Origin: the human T2T-CHM13v2.0 reference genome, Homo sapiens
Strand: one strand, 5' to 3'
DNA length: 64,000 nt
Assembly (NCBI RefSeq): GCF_009914755.1
Contig: NC_060939.1
Shown: positions 47,500-62,600 of the stretch, piece after piece
Layout: every line of letters starts with the position of its first letter
How positions within the stretch are numbered: position 1 is the first letter of the stretch
Notes under the pieces: model-generated
Databases searched by the model: none
What the model was told of the DNA's origin: nothing
Seen by the model: only the letters and a program-made list of their open reading frames with translations
Position numbers and translations under genes: made by a program

Positions 47500-47880
47500 T
47501 GATGCTGTTACTCCTTGTGGTGGGCTGTACTACTTGATGTCCCCCTCTGTGGAAGGATCATGGAGGATTCTTCTTCCCCGGCTGAATTCAAGTGTGGCAG
47601 TGTGGCTAGGGTTGACCAATGAAGTGAATGTGAAACGGCCTGTGTCTATGTGGTTGTGTCTAAGAATCAGCACATAGTTTGTCACGTCCTCATTTCCTCG
47701 GCCATGATGACTGGCAATATTCAGGATCAGAATGAAGATGAAGGCATGGAGCAGGGCCTGGGAGGCCCACAGTGGATATATAGCCCAAAGGAGAAACAAA
47801 CTCTTACTTGTTTTAAGTCACTGACATAGGGGCTTCTTGTTACCACAGCATAACCTAGCCTGCCCTGGCTGATTCAGTAA
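47500..47880 (+). mobile_element. Old MLT1-type LTR
   Basis: GAAACAAACTCTTACTTGTTTTAAGTCACTGA...TTGTTACCACAGCATAACCTAGCC. Confidence 0.65.
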
Positions 47881-47901
47881 CTACTAGCCATGGATCTCTG
47901 A

Positions 47902-48213
<312 letters not shown>

Positions 48214-49941
48214 TACATAAATTATTTGACCCATAGCTACGTAACTTATAAAATGGGGAGATGAGCATTTTACCTGGGTTGATGCAACTTCCTAGGGTTG
48301 TTGCGAGGAATAAGCAACACATTGTGAAATTGCTTTGAAAATGAAGCTTGGTTTCTATTATGGCAGCATGGTGTAACCTAATTAATGAGTGGCTGAAGGT
48401 TCAGGCTCTAGGGTTAAGCAGCTGAGCCATTTACTCAGCGTGTGATTTTGGGTACATTACTTAAACCCTCTAAGTTCCCTCAATGCCAAAATGTAAATAG
48501 TGGTAGTATCCACCTTATAGGTTGGTGAGCCAGTTAGATATGCAAAAGTACAGCTAACATAGCACAGAGCCTGACACATAGCAAGTCCTACATGAAGCTT
48601 GCCTGGCATAATTGCCATCAGTGTGTTGTTATTACTATCTATGTACATTTTTCATCAGCATCAGGATGAGAGAACCTAGGGAAAGGCTGAGGTTCTGCAA
48701 TTCTATTCTACTGCAACTAGAACAAAATATGTCTATTTCTTTAAAAAAATTCTGCAGGCAGGAAAAATGTCCATACAAGGTAAAGTGTTTAAGTGCTTTA
48801 GGCTTTGTTTATAATAATTTATTAAAGATTGGCTGCTAAAAGAGTCTTCTTTCAAAAATAAATCAATAGCTCACACAGGCCAAGATGCTGAAATCCTCTT
48901 CTTCTTGCTAGAAATTAGTCATGGAAGAAAATCACATTTGATGTGTTTGCGGAACATTTATTCACTCCACTATGCTCAGGGCAAGGCACGGGGATATAAT
49001 AATTTATGAAAACAACAAGGTTCTCTGTGTCTAGAGGGCGAGAGGGGCTCATGTCTACACAATTAAAATAAGATGCTGTTAAGTGCTACTGCATTGCAGA
49101 GTTACATGGAAAAGGTGACAGGAACATAAATGTAGGAGTGATGTATTATGTCTACATGGGTCCTGGCCAAGGCCTTGGAGAGGAAGTGACATCTGAATTA
49201 GATTTTGTAGGCTAATTGGACACCCCTTGGATATGCAGGGCCCAGCACTATGAAGGGAAGGCAGAGACTGGGAGGCCGGTTGTGGGATATGGCTGGATAT
49301 AAGATGGAAAGAGTGGCTGAGCTGGTTGGAAGGGCCCTTGACGCCATGTTAGGAAATCCGACCTTGATTCTTCAGGCAAGATTAAAGGCAGGTGGATTCA
49401 GCACATAATGCCCTGGATAAACACCCAAAGACAGAAAGGAAGGAAAATCAACAATTATGAATTATCCTCTACTTATATGTGAAGCAAATTTTTTGCTTGC
49501 TGAACAGGATGTGCCTACATAGGTTTGTTGGGGTGAAATTGCAGTAAAATGAGTGATAGCCCTTTGGGCCTGCTAATGAGTAAAAGTGTCACTGTGAGGT
49601 GAGCCTAAAGGGGAGGGCTGAGGTTCTAGCCAAGCAGGGAGATCAGGCAGGTGATAATCATGATGGCTGCTGTTCACATGGTGCCAGCAAGATGCTGGGA
49701 CCTGTGACAGACACTTCACAAACAGCACTGCTGCAGGGGGAAGTTTATACCCACTTCCAGGGCCACGGGGATTTTGCTCCTCTGTTGCTCCGCCTGCCGG
49801 CTGTGGCAGCCTTTAGCCCATAGATGCTGATCTTTGATGTCAGAAAGACCTGTCTGCCCTGTTTCAGATGTGAGGCTGGCCTTATCAAATTACCGTACTT
49901 CTCAGAGAATCAATACCCATTAACAAAAAGAAATGCTGTGA

Positions 49942-50278
<337 letters not shown>

Positions 50279-50506
50279 ATCATTGTTTTTAATAGAAGAA
50301 AAAAAAAACCAAACCAAACCAAACAAAACAAAACAAAATCACTGTAAAGACAAGAATGGATAAGTAAGGAGAGTTATCCCTAGGAATACTATATAGCAGT
50401 TCAGCTACATTAATTACAACTCCATACATGTTACAGCAAAATCTCTAAAATATAATGTTGTGCTAAAAAGCAAGGATACTTGCTATATAAAGTTTAAAAA
50501 ATATGC

Positions 50507-50806
50507 AGCCAGGCCCGGTGGCCCACGCCTGTAATCCCAGCACTTTGGGAGGCCGAGATGGGTGGATCACCTGAGGTCAGGAGTTCCAGATCAGCTTGGC
50601 CAACCTGGTGAAAACCCATCTCTACAAAAAATACAAAAATTAGCCAGGCATGGTGGGGGACCCGTGTAATCCCAGCTACTTGGCAGACTGAAGCAGGAGA
50701 TTCTCTTGAACCTGGGAGGCTGGAGGTTACAGTGAACCGAGATCGTGCCATTACACTACAGCCTGGGCAACAGAGCGAGAGTCCGTCTCAAAACAAACAA
50801 GCAAAA
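50507..50806 (+). mobile_element. Alu (AluSx)
   Basis: Dimeric, sense. Confidence 0.96.
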
Positions 50807-51203
50807 ATACACAAAACCTATTTGATGAACACATTACTATGTAGGAAAATATAACTGGTGAATCTCTGGTGAGGAAAAGAAAGGAGCCAGATGAAAAAGT
50901 CTGCCCCGGTGCTTCAATTTTTATCTGTAGTGTTTCCTTTGTTTTGAGAGCAAAAGGCCGAGGAAGCCAATGTTAAGATTAGATAAAGCTGGGCAGTGAG
51001 CTCACGGTGGTTCATTATGTCAATCACTTTCTCTTCAAATTTCTGTATTTGAAATATTTCTCAATATACTAACATTTTAAAAGAAAATGCTTTCATCAAG
51101 GCACCAAGGCCTATTAAAACAAAGCCATTACCTTCGGCACTGAACGGATTTTTCTCATTGCTTTTTCTTCTCAGTGACAGCTTTTGGTTTTCAGCCAAGA
51201 AGC

Positions 51204-51205
<2 letters not shown>

Positions 51206-51259
<54 letters not shown>

Positions 51260-51267
51260 GTGTGTGT
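51206..51267. repeat. (TG)n microsatellite
   Basis: Direct. Confidence 0.98.
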
Positions 51268-51782
51268 TTGGAGGTCTCCTGGAGGCAAATGAGCACATTT
51301 GTTAAAATGGAGTATTACGTTTGTACCAGAAACCTAAAAGCATATTTTATTTAAATGAGATGCAGAATATATTACCTTAATGAGTAAAAGGGTTTCTGCT
51401 TTGGATAACTGGGCCCAGGCCACAAAAAATGAGAAGGGGAATGGGAGGGGTAACCCTAGACGATACGGAGAAAGCAATAATCTGGCTGTGGTGCTCTTGC
51501 CCAGGGAGAATGGCTGGAGACCTTAATGATAATTGTTAAAGCTACGTGGAGAACTTGGCCTCGACCCAGAGTCCTGTTGCTGTATGCATGCAGCTGATCT
51601 GGGGGGAGGGCCGTAAACAACAGCAACTCTGGGCTTCTAGGAGATGCCTCTTTAGGACTGGCAGAATCTCCTGTGTGTGGTTTTGCATGCACATTTGAAA
51701 TTCGAAACAGCATATTCAGTATTATCGAATATTATAAAATTTATTTTGAATATAAATACTTAAAACTTAAAAAGTCTACTCA

Positions 51783-51922
51783 TTTATTTTTTAGAGATGG
51801 GGTATCCTTATGTTGCCCAGGCTGTACTGGAACTCCTAGGCTTGAACTCCTGGACTCAAGCAATCCTCCTGCCACAGTCTCCTGAGTAGATGGGATTATA
51901 GGTGTGTGCTACAATGCCCAGC
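51783..51922 (-). mobile_element. FLAM-like Alu monomer
   Basis: TAGAGATGGGGT...CCCAGGCTG...CTCAAGCAATCCTCC; small internal duplication of GAACTCCT. Confidence 0.8.
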
Positions 51923-53384
51923 TCTATAAACACTTAAAAAAATCATGTAAACTATAGAGAGTAAACCTCAATAAGTCTTAGGGGAAGAATTTTTGGAACA
52001 TACTGTTTGACTTTTGACTGTACCCGTCACTCTCTGGGGGAAGGATGGAAATTAGGGAGTGACCGGCAGTGAGGTTTGTGTAAGGGGGCAGACCCAGGTC
52101 TAACAGGTAGAGTAACAATCCTCCAGGCCAGTGTGCTCCGGGGACCAGAATCTTGGTGGTGATAATGGGGGGACAGGTGGCAAACAACACGAGGTCTCCT
52201 TTCTCCCTGAGAGCCACCTGCCTGGAGTGGGAGAGAATGGGTCGTGGGTTTCTGTTTGTTAAATGCCGCTTTGCTAAAACACAGCGCCTCTGGGCAGATG
52301 TTAGGCCCTTGGGCATCTTGGGGCAGGGCAAATGCTTTGAGAATCCCAGTTGTGGGCAGTGGTGCTCCTTTGCATTTGTTCCCAGGCCTGTCGCCGTTGA
52401 AGCAGAATCACAGGTAGTAGGAGCTGAGAGGGACCATCAGGAGACTGAGGTTTCAGTGCCCAGGTGGGGTGGGGAAGCCAGGAAATGGAACAGAGGCTTA
52501 ATGGAAATTTTTGGACGCACACAGCGGGGATGAGGACTTGGAGGGTTATTCTGGGCTGAAGGCTATTAATCTCAGGCCTGTGTGATGATGATGAGGCAGC
52601 AAACATACCGCTGTTGGGGCAGCGTGGCCACCTGGCTAGTTAAGTGCACTTCCCACAGCCTGGGGGCTGTGTGAGGCTGGGCCTGCAGGCTGAGGGTCTT
52701 CATATGGACTGCCCCGCAGAGAGGCAAGCTCCTACAGCTCAGGGCCTGGCTTTCTTCTGAACTATCTGTTACCACTGCTTAATACTTTCCATATTTATAT
52801 AGCTAAGGTGCATTAAATGGTCCAGGAAATGTTTTGATCCCACATACATTCAAGCCTCTCCTATTGCATTCAAGCCTTTTCTATTCCTATTGTTCTGATA
52901 TTTGATAATTTACCAAAAGGTAAGGTTTCCACTGAGGGAATCTGATGCTTTAATTTTGAGTTTGGTCTTTGTGGACCATTTCACTGAGATCAAGCAGGTT
53001 TGTTCTGCCAGAATGAGGTTTTTGACCTTTGAAATGTTATTTCTCCAGCAAAATTGCTAGGAACAGTAAGGTACAGAGAGTTTAGGGATATTGATCGGGC
53101 CATATGGCCTTGAAACATGTTCAAATATAATTAGAAGGGAGACAAATGCCATATCCCTGTTGATTACTTTTTGAATGCATTTACCTGGGGGATCAGAAAG
53201 GAAACTAGAGGGGTGTCCACTGGGGCTACTGAGTGGTGGCTGTAAAGAGTCTCAGTATGTCAATATGGGTCTTACATGGTTGTGGTCAGTGGTAGCAGAC
53301 CTGGGCCAACTCAGTGAAGACAGGTGCATGAGAAGGTCAGATGGTGCTACTGGGGTTTATTCATTTTGAATAAATAAACTGAAA

Positions 53385-53700
53385 GCCTGCTTGGCACGGT
53401 GGCTCACAGCTGTAATTCCAACTTTGGGAGGCCAAGACAAGAGGTCCGCTTGAGTCCAGGAGTTTGATACCAGACGGGGCAGCATAGTGAGACCTCATCT
53501 CTATCAAAAATTAAAAAAAATTAGTCAGGCATGGTGGTGCATGCCTGTAGTTCCAGCTACTCAGGAGCCTGAGGTGGGAGGAAGGCTTGAGCCCAAGAGT
53601 TCAAGACTGCAGTGAGCCATGATCGTGCCTCTGCACTCCAGCCTCGGTGATGGAGAACCTGTCTCTGAAAAAAGAAAAAGAAAAGAAAACAAAACAAAAC
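53385..53700 (+). mobile_element. AluJ
   Basis: GCTTGAGCCCAAGAGTTCAAGACTGCAGTGAGCCATGATC. Confidence 0.95.
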
Positions 53701-54059
53701 TGAAAGCTATTCTCCATCTCTTTGTACACATCCTGGATTTCACAGTATCTGAAAGGATTAATACATGTGTCATAAGATAACCATTTTATGTTTGGCTTTT
53801 GCTGCATTATTGGCTATACTTTCAGTAAAATGGACATGCTATTCCCTTTATCTTGAATGTTCCCCCACCCTCTCAACTTCCTTGGCCACCTGACTCCCTC
53901 CTTTCAAACTCAAGCTTGGGTTTTGTCTTCTCTGGGAAGCAAGTGTCCAGTCCAGTGAATCACACCCTTTTTGGGTGCCTCTTTGTACTATGTACAAATC
54001 CTCAAGTGTTACATCCGTTGGGAACCTCATTGGAATTCTAAAATACTAAAATGGTGCTG

Positions 54060-55150
54060 ATTGCATGGGAGCCACTGTTCTAGATACTTTTACATGTATT
54101 TACTCATTTAAGCCTCATAACGACCTGATAAGGTCAGTACAGATGTTCTCCCTACATCACAGATGAGAATGATGAAGCCCAGAGAAGTACAGTGTCTTTC
54201 CCAAGGTCACATAGTTAATAGCGTCAGAGCTGAGACTCAACTCTGGGTAGCCTGGCTGTAGAATCTCTTTTCATAAGCCGTGTGCAGTGCCATTTCTCCC
54301 TGAACTCTGTTGCCTGTAATAGCTAACTTCCATGACTCCCTATCTCCTGATCCCACCCTGTCTTCAGCCAAAGCTGCTCTTCCCACAGGCCTTTTCATCT
54401 CAGTTCATGGCAAATCCATCCTTCCAACTGCTCAGGCCCCAAATCTGGGAGTCACCCTTGACTTTTCCTTTGTTGCTATCACATCTTTTATCGGATCCAT
54501 CTGCAAATCCAGATAGCTCTACCTGCAGCATAGATCTGACAGTTTCCACCACTCCCATCCCTAACCATCTTGGTCTAAGCCACTGCCATGTATGGCCTGG
54601 GTTATAACAAGAGACTCCTATTTGGGCTCCCTGCCTCTTTCCTTGTGCCTAGCCTCCCACTCCCCAACCCCATCAAATCTATTCTCAACATAGCAGCCAG
54701 GTGATCCTTTTAAGATTTGCCAGAGCATGCCACCTCTGTTCAGTATCTTTCACTGTTTCTGACTTTGTGCTTGCCCCCTTTACTCAACGTAGTCTTTCTT
54801 CAAATAGCTGCATGGCTCACTCCCTGCTTCTTTCTCTTCTTTACTCAAATGTCACCTATCATGAGATCTCTCCTCACTTCCCCACATAAAATAGCCCCAT
54901 CCCTGCCCCCGTCGCCTCTGGTCTTCCCTAACCTGCTTAAATTTCTGCCTAGCACTCATATGAGATATGCATTTACTTGTTTATTTGTATATTTCCTGCC
55001 CTCTCTCCACTAGAAGGTTAGCTCTATGAGGTCAGGGACTTTGTGTTCTTTGTCCACTACTGTTTCTGCAGTGCTAAGAATAGTGCTTAGCACATAGTAG
55101 GTGCTCAGTAAATATTTGAAGAATCAATGAAAACCATTAATGAATGAGTT
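54060..55150. mobile_element. MIR (-, ~54060-54290) followed by L2 3' region (+, ~54330-55150)
   Basis: CACAGATGAGAATGATGAAGCCCAGAGA; GCACATAGTAGGTGCTCAGTAAATATTTG...TGAATGA. Confidence 0.75.
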
Positions 55151-55359
55151 GAATACTCACTCTGTATTAGTCACTATTATGTTTATTTACCAACATTGTG
55201 TCTTCTTATTTTCACAAGATCTCCTAAGACCACCTGGGTGTCTTGGGAAAAATGATTGATCTCTGTTTAGCCTCAGTTTCTTTATCTGTAAAATGAAGAT
55301 AATAATACTTACCTCTAAGAGTAAATACCTATAAAAAGCTGAGAACAGTGGCTGGCACA

Positions 55360-55775
55360 TGGTACCTGTGCTACCTGGGTTCCCTGGGAAGCAGAGGGAG
55401 ATTAGCACACTGGATTAATGCTCTGGGGATCAACACCTGTGTGTGGGGGTGGGGTGGTGATGAAAGAAACAGGACTGGCCAGAGAGAGAAGTGGGGCTAC
55501 AGTCTCAACACTCCAGGGAGTGCTGAAGCTGGAAAGGTTGTAGAGTTGGCCTGAGTTGGGTCAATGGGCCTGGCCTTTTTATCCCCACAGTAATTAGTCA
55601 TTGGCTTCAGGCTGCTCTGGGAAGAGGTGTGATCTTGGGTAAGGCAAACCCTCTCTTTACTCTCAGGCAATCCCTAGGAAGGACTGACTACCACTCACAC
55701 TCCCAGCAGCTGGGGAGTGAGGGCTCCAGCCCTAAGGGTGTGTTTGTGGGGCTGGGTAGATATCACAGTAGCCAC
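55360..55775 (-). mobile_element. Old MLT1-type LTR
   Basis: CTGGGTTCCCTGGGAAGCAGA...CTCCCAGCAGCTGGGG. Confidence 0.6.
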
Positions 55776-56537
55776 CAGAGTAAACTTTTTGTAAATGCTT
55801 AGGATGACAGTCTTATTACTGCATTATTTAATCCAGCAGTTAGGTGCCTGCCTAAGAACCTCTAGTGAGTCTAGTGCCCATTGAATACAGAACAAATGCC
55901 ATCCTTTGAGAGTCTTTGCTTTCCTGTAAAGATTTAGGATTGGACTTGAGCTACAAGCCTTTCTCCTTGAGGACTTCCCCAGGTAGGGGCCTGGCCTGGC
56001 TGTCCAACTGCATAGTCACCCCTGAGGTGTCCACAGGTTCTATGCCATCCCCTGTGGTCAAGGTGATTCAGAACCAAATGGGGCAAGCCTTTGGAACAGT
56101 CGAGGTCAGCAGGCATGAGCCTGGTACCGTTGAAATGAAAAGGCAGGGATTCCCTCTCCACCTGGAATCCTACCATTAGAATCCTGTTATGTATTGAAGC
56201 ATTTTAAAAAGCATCAAGAATGTTCTATTTAAATGCAAATAACTGTAAAAGTTAACAGCTTAAGCCTTTGTGATGAAATGCCTTTATATCTTTATTCAAA
56301 CACTATTAAGTTTCTATTTTAAAGTTTTCTAAATGTGGCAATCTTGTTACGGTTTAGCTTGGGTTTCATCTGCTTCGAGTGAAAATAAAAATAATCTGGA
56401 TTCCTTCATCTGGGCATTTTCTTTGAGAAGAATGGAGGGTACAGTAGAAAAAGCTCTGGAATATGGAGACCTGGAGTCCAGTGTGAGGTCTGTCCTAACA
56501 AACGGGGGACTTTTGTCAAGTTCCTGCGTGTTAAATC

Positions 56538-57025
56538 TGTAAACAAAAGACCATGAGATCTGTGGAGGAAGGGAGAGCTACTGTCTCTCTCTCTCTCCTC
56601 CCCTCTCCCCCTCTCTCCCTCTCTCTCTCTGCACAGCCTTTAGTACAAGTTAAAGTGCTTTCAGAAGACCAAAGGGAGAAAATCTGGCTTAAATAGGAAA
56701 CCTTCTTGCCTAGGTTCTCAATCAGGTCCATTTATGCAAATGAAGGATTCAAACTTGTTCAGTTCTGATCAGTCGAAATAATTGAGCCCTGGTTGGGTGG
56801 TTTCCAGGCCCCAAAAGAGAAGTCTCTGTCAGATATTTCTTTCAAACTGCTAGTGGGCTGGGGATGGGAGGCTTCCAACTGCAGTTTACCCTGGCTCTGG
56901 TAGGGCGTGCGGGACTGCTCCCTCTGACCCTGCTATGTCCACCCGGTTCGCTTTTAAATTTAGAGCATCTCTGTTAGCCACAGGGAGTCTATCTGGTCTG
57001 GAGAGCTTGGGGTCTTAATTTACAG
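56538..57025 (-). mobile_element. Probable ERV LTR, family uncertain
   Basis: TG...CA bounded, LTR-like; contains ATTTATGCAAAT and a CT-rich tract. Confidence 0.45.
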
Positions 57026-57044
57026 TTTTATTTTACAAATCCAA

Positions 57045-57140
57045 ATTAATTAAAATTTAACTCAGTTCCTTGGTTGCACTAGTCACATTTCAAGTTGTCA
57101 ATAGCCAACTGCGGCTAGTGCTACTGTAATAGGCAGTGTA
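57045..57140. mobile_element. MER3/MER33-type hAT fragment
   Basis: TTGCACTAGTCACATTTCAAG...AATAGCCAACTGCGGCTAGTGCTAC. Confidence 0.65.
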
Positions 57141-57297
57141 GGAACTTCTACTAGATAGCACATGAAGATGATGCCTTTATTTCTTTGTTTAGAATAAAAT
57201 TTAACCCACATTTGTAATGAGTTGAGAGTTGATAATAGTAGGTAGTTTTTTTTTGAGATTTACACACATCCACCAGTGCTTATCTGGCCACTTATTT

Positions 57298-57613
57298 CTT
57301 TTCTTCTTCTTCTTCTTTTTTTTTTTTTTTTTGAGACAGAATCTCATTCTGTTGTCTATACTAGAGCATAGTGGCTCGGTCACAGCTCACTGTAGCCTTG
57401 AACCTCCTGGGCTCAAGTGATCCTCCCACCTCAGCCTCCTGAGTAGCTGAGACTACAGACATGAGTCACCATGCCCGGCTAATTTTTAAATTTTTTGTAG
57501 AGATGAAGTCTTGCTATGTTGTCCAGACTGGTCTCAACCTCCTGGGCCAAGTAATCCGCTCACCTCGCCTCCCAAAGTGCTGGGATTACAGGTGTGAGCC
57601 AATGCACCTGGCC
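57298..57613 (-). mobile_element. AluJ
   Basis: Dimeric, antisense. Confidence 0.94.
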
Positions 57614-57942
57614 CACGTACTTTCTTCTATTTCTTACCACCACCTTGTGAGCTAATTTTTACAGATGGGAAAACTGAGACTGAGAGAGCGTAGAAAACAG
57701 GTTGAAAGACCTAACTTGCATGAGGTCTTTGCTTGCATTCAAATCCAGGTTGATCTGATGCTGAAGCCTGAGCTGCTGTTTTTGTTTTCTGAAATAAGCA
57801 TGTGTTAAAAGATTACAGACTCACTGTTATTTAGAAAGAAGTTTATCCATCCTTATTTCTGCTGCTGTTTTTCCTCTTTTGTCTCATTTTCTTCTAGAAA
57901 GCTTTGTTGACTTGGTAAAATGCACGTGATTCCTTTCTCTAG

Positions 57943-58750
57943 TGTCAACCTAAAATAACCAAAAAGCTCAGGATCCAGTTAAAAGAGTTTATTCAAGCGT
58001 GAAGTGTGAGGGCCGACATCAGGGAAGCAGAGCTACACCAAAGAATGGTGATCAGTGCTCCCAGTGTGGGGAAAAATGAGGACCATTTATCTAGGCAAAA
58101 ATGGAGGTGCTGAATAGGATAACATTTCTTTTTTTTTTTTTTAAACACAGGGTCTCACTCTGTTGCCCAGGCTGGAGTACAGTGGTGATCTCGGTACACT
58201 GCAGCCTCTGCCTCCTGAGTTCAAGTGATTTTCCTGCCTCAGCCACCTGAGTAGCTGGGATTACAGGTGTGCACCACCATGCCCGGCTAATATTTGTATT
58301 TTTAGTAGAGATGGGGTTTCATCATGTTGGCCAGACTGGTCTCGAACTCTTGATATCAAGTGATCCACCCACCTCGGCCTCCCAAAGTGCTTGGATTACA
58401 GGTGTGAGCCACCACGCCCTGCCCAGGATAACAACATTTTCATACAAAGTCTAATGTAGATGTAAGATTTGATTGGCTACTATTGGTTATACTCTAAAGG
58501 GATTGCTTAACATTTTATTGCAAAGAGTCAAAAATCAGAAGGGTGTCTATCTCCAATATCATTTAGTCTAGGTTTGAATAAAGAATAGAGAGTTCAGTTA
58601 ATGTATAAAATCTCAACCCAAAGGTCAGAAAGCAGCAGTCACGCACTGGAGGAGAAAAACAGCTGTGTTAGGTGAGTCAGTTTCCAGGGCTTAACTTTTC
58701 CCCTTGGCATGATACATATGGGAGGTCCTGAAATTTTAATATCTTTTTAC
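57943..58750 (-). mobile_element. ERV1 (MER4-group) LTR interrupted by an Alu
   Basis: TGTCAACCTAAAATAACC...AGAGTTTATTCAAGCG...GGTCCTGAAATTTTAATATCTTTTTACA. Confidence 0.7.
58128..58424 (-). mobile_element. Alu (AluSz/Sx)
   Basis: TSD AGGATAACA. Confidence 0.95.
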
Positions 58751-58767
58751 ACCAGAAACAACTACTG

Positions 58768-59099
58768 TTTTTGTTGTTGTGGTGGTGGTGGTTGTGGGTG
58801 GTTGTTTGTTTTTGAGACAGGGTCTTCCTCTGTTGCCCTGGCTGGAGTACAGTGGTGCAATCCTAGCTCACTGCTGCCTTGAAATCCTGGGCTCAAGCAA
58901 TCCTCCTGCCTCACCCTTCTGAGTAGCTGGGACTACAGGCACATGCCACCATGCCTGGCTTTTTTTTTTTTTTTTTTTTTTCAGATACAGGTTCTCTTTG
59001 TGTAGCCCAGGCTGTTCTTGAACTCCTGGGCTCAAGTGATCCACCTGCCTTGGCCTCCCAAAGTGCTGGGATTACAGGCGTGAGCCACCGTGCCCAGCC
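58768..59099 (-). mobile_element. AluJ with expanded middle A-tract
   Basis: TSD ACTACTGT. Confidence 0.94.
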
Positions 59100-59803
59100 G
59101 ATGACTACTGTATTTAGTTAAGGAAGCTCCCCCTTCCAGCAGGTTCTCCATGTGTACAGCCATGTGTATGGCATTGTCATACATGGGTGATGTGCTCATC
59201 CACATGGGGCTGCTCTTCAGAGGCCTGACTGTGGTTTCTATTTTGAATTTCAGTTCAGTAAAAGTCAGAAACCTCTTCAGGAATTTCTTTGGATTAGAAT
59301 CAGATTAAAAACTTGCAGTTTGCTTGGGATTTGAGGAAGCCCATCCATCTGGGGAGGTTGTGGGCAATGCCTGCTTGGAAGCTAATAGTCATAAAAATGT
59401 TTTGAATGAGTGGGGTTTGGGGTGGGTGTCCATTAAAAGGATAATGGAGTTATCTTCTGGTTTGTTAGCTGGTATACTCATAGGATATAAATGTTCGACC
59501 TAGTACCTGTTATGTTTTCCCTTGACTTGATTATATTATATGACATAAAAGAGCATATTTAAATTTCAGGTGTTTAGGAGGGGAAATGTGTCCCCTGATC
59601 AACAGAGAAGTTTGAAGGCTGATGTTCGATGTTAGGATCTTTTATTTGGACACATCATCCCAAATAGAAAAGCAGATTGATGCAACCCTAAGTATATGCA
59701 TTTTCCAGAGAGGCTTGAGAGAGTGAGAAGGGAGAGTTTTGGTTGAGACTGAGGGCAAGATGAAAGATGTGAAATGGGATTGTGAGCAATTTCCTTTAAA
59801 AAA

Positions 59804-60080
59804 ATTTTTTTTTTGAGTCACCCAGGCTGGAGTGCAGAAGCATGAGATCCTAGCTCTCACTGCAGTCTTCCCGGGCTCCAGTGATCCTCCCTCCTCAGCC
59901 TCCCAAATAGCTGGGACTACAGGCACACGCCATTATGCCTGGCTTTTTTTTTTTTTTTTTTTGAGAGACGGGGTCTCACCATGTTGCTCAGGTTGATCTT
60001 GAACTTCTGAGTTCAAGCGATCCTCTTACCTTGGCCTCCCAAAGTGCTGGGATTACAGGTGTGAGTCACTGTGCCTGGTC
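59804..60080 (-). mobile_element. AluJ
   Basis: Dimeric, antisense. Confidence 0.92.
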
Positions 60081-60327
60081 TTAAAACAATGTTTTTTTTC
60101 TGTCGGATATCTAAAAAGGTGGGACTGAAGAATACCTTTGTGGTAGGCATTCTGTGTTAAGAGCAAAAAACTGGCTCAGGAAGGACTCTTTCTAATTCCT
60201 ATACCTGAAAAAGGCCTGTGTGTGTGGTCTGTGTGGTCCCCACCAAGGAAACAATTCGTTCGCCTGCATACCAAGGGTCAATTTATCGGGGGCAATATCC
60301 ACCAAGTCTGTTTGGTCAGCTTGATGT

Positions 60328-60877
60328 TGTAGGGAAGAAAAATAATTTCTTTTCCTCACCTATCACAAGGTTCATGGCTGACACCCCATAACCAAAGACA
60401 GAATAACAAAATAAAAGCATACCAACTTATTTAACGTAAGTTTTATGTGACACAGGAACCTTCAGAAATCATGACCCAGAGAAACAAGGGAATCTGTGTA
60501 TTTTTATGGACAGTCATGCAGAAGTATGATTGGAGGGCAAAAGAGCATGCTCTATTGGTAATAAACTGGGGAGGAACTTAACAAGGCCTGTTCAGTTTCT
60601 TCTTGACAACCTATGTGACAATTCTCCCTCTCAGGTATAGGGCAGGATACCTGTCACAGGAGGGCCTTCAGGGGAGAAGTGAGGAAGAAGGTCAGAGAGT
60701 GACTTTCCCAGGTTTTATCGCCTGCATCAGGGAAGAAGGGGCAAGTGGAATTCTAGTGTCTGTGGCCCACTTCAGGGGAGAAGGGGGTCAGAGAAGGCAG
60801 AGAGGCCTTCCTACTTCTGCTGTTTTCTCAATTTCCAAGGTGCCATATTTTTGGGTAACATTTTCTGCACCCCATCA
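60328..60877 (-). mobile_element. MER39/MER34-group ERV1 LTR
   Basis: Minus strand starts TGATGGGGTGCAGAAAATGTTACCCAAAAATATGGCACC. Confidence 0.7.
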
Positions 60878-61847
60878 ATATCGACAGTCTCACCCGCGTC
60901 TGTGATCTCAGTGGAAACAGCTGGAGCTTTCACGATGTAGTAGAAACCTAGCGGTGTCTGAGCAGCTGGTTTCAAATTCCCCAGCAGATACCACTAAGCC
61001 CTCTGCATTTTGCAAAAACTGGTGTGTCTATACCTCTATTTATATGCACAACAGCTTGCAGATAACCTCTTTTTTCTTATATCTCTCGGGGAATCATTGC
61101 TTTGTGATTTATGATGAAGAGAAAAGTGTTTTCCCCCCACCCTTGAAAATAAAACAACATGATGTTAGTTGATTTCAGAGGTGAAAGTTGCTAAAGATCA
61201 TTTTGCTAATGACAGTTTCATATTCATGGAACACAGAAAACATCATGTATTTGGTTTCAAGACTCCGGATGACAGCAGCAGGCAGCTCTGGGGGTGGACC
61301 CTGGATGATGCCTGATGCAGGAATTGTCCTTCATGCAGCATGTTGCAGTGATGTGCCATCTGTTTCTAGGATGAGTCTAGTAGCTATTGAAGAGCCTACA
61401 ACAATATTCCTGCCAGGTCTTCTCAAAAATTCATCTTTCCCCCTCCTTGTATATGACAACCCTCTATGTAAGAAAGCAATTTAGCAATAGGAGGGCAATG
61501 AAGATGCATCTTTTAAAAAAATGATCTTCTCCCTGTCACCCAGCTGGGTGGCTCACTCACACTCATCTCCTTCTTCTGCTCCATTCAGGACTCCAAAACA
61601 TAACAGTGTTGGAGTTCATTTCAGTATCCACGGACAGTTTAAATGATGCCACAATGGATTACGTGGGTTTCCACTATTCTTGGCTTCAGTTGTGCAGGAA
61701 TGCAATCTTCTTCTTTTTCTTTGGTAATAATTTATTTATTATGTACCTGTCAGTGCCAGGTCCTGCTTCCTGCTACATAGGTGACAGAAGAGTCAGAGAT
61801 AGACTCTGTCCTCAAGTTGCTTGCCAGTTAGCCATCAGTTACAATGA

Positions 61848-62201
<354 letters not shown>

Positions 62202-62404
62202 TAAGCAGAGTTTTCGAGTGTTGACATTATTTGGAATCTTTCCTTGCCAAATATGTAGGAGTAATTTGAATAGGAAAGCCAAACAGTTGAAAAGGCATGT
62301 TGAGGAATTTCATCACACTATTAGCTGAGCTTGTCAGGTGCCAGACTGAGATAATATGTGATATTCTGTAATATATGGGGAAGCCCAGATATGACTGCAG
62401 AGAC

Positions 62405-62600
62405 AGCCAGGTAGAGACCTGGGTTTGAATCTAGCTCTGCCTCTCTCCAGGGGTATGACGTTGGGCAAATCTCTTGGCCTTTCTCAGCTCCTGTTACCTA
62501 AACCCAAATTCTCAGGTCTTTGAAAGAATTAAATGAGATCGTGAGTGAGAAGCTCCTGACATAAACTACAAGTTCATTAAAGGTTTTCTTCCTTTCCCCT
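62405..62600 (+). mobile_element. MIR
   Basis: AGACCTGGGTTTGAATCTAGCTCTGCC...TTGGGCAAATCTCTT. Confidence 0.7.

Noticed and set aside
52846-52890. ~21-bp tandem duplication CATTCAAGCCT(C/T)T(C/T)CTATT
   Set aside because: Ordinary slippage duplication with two units only
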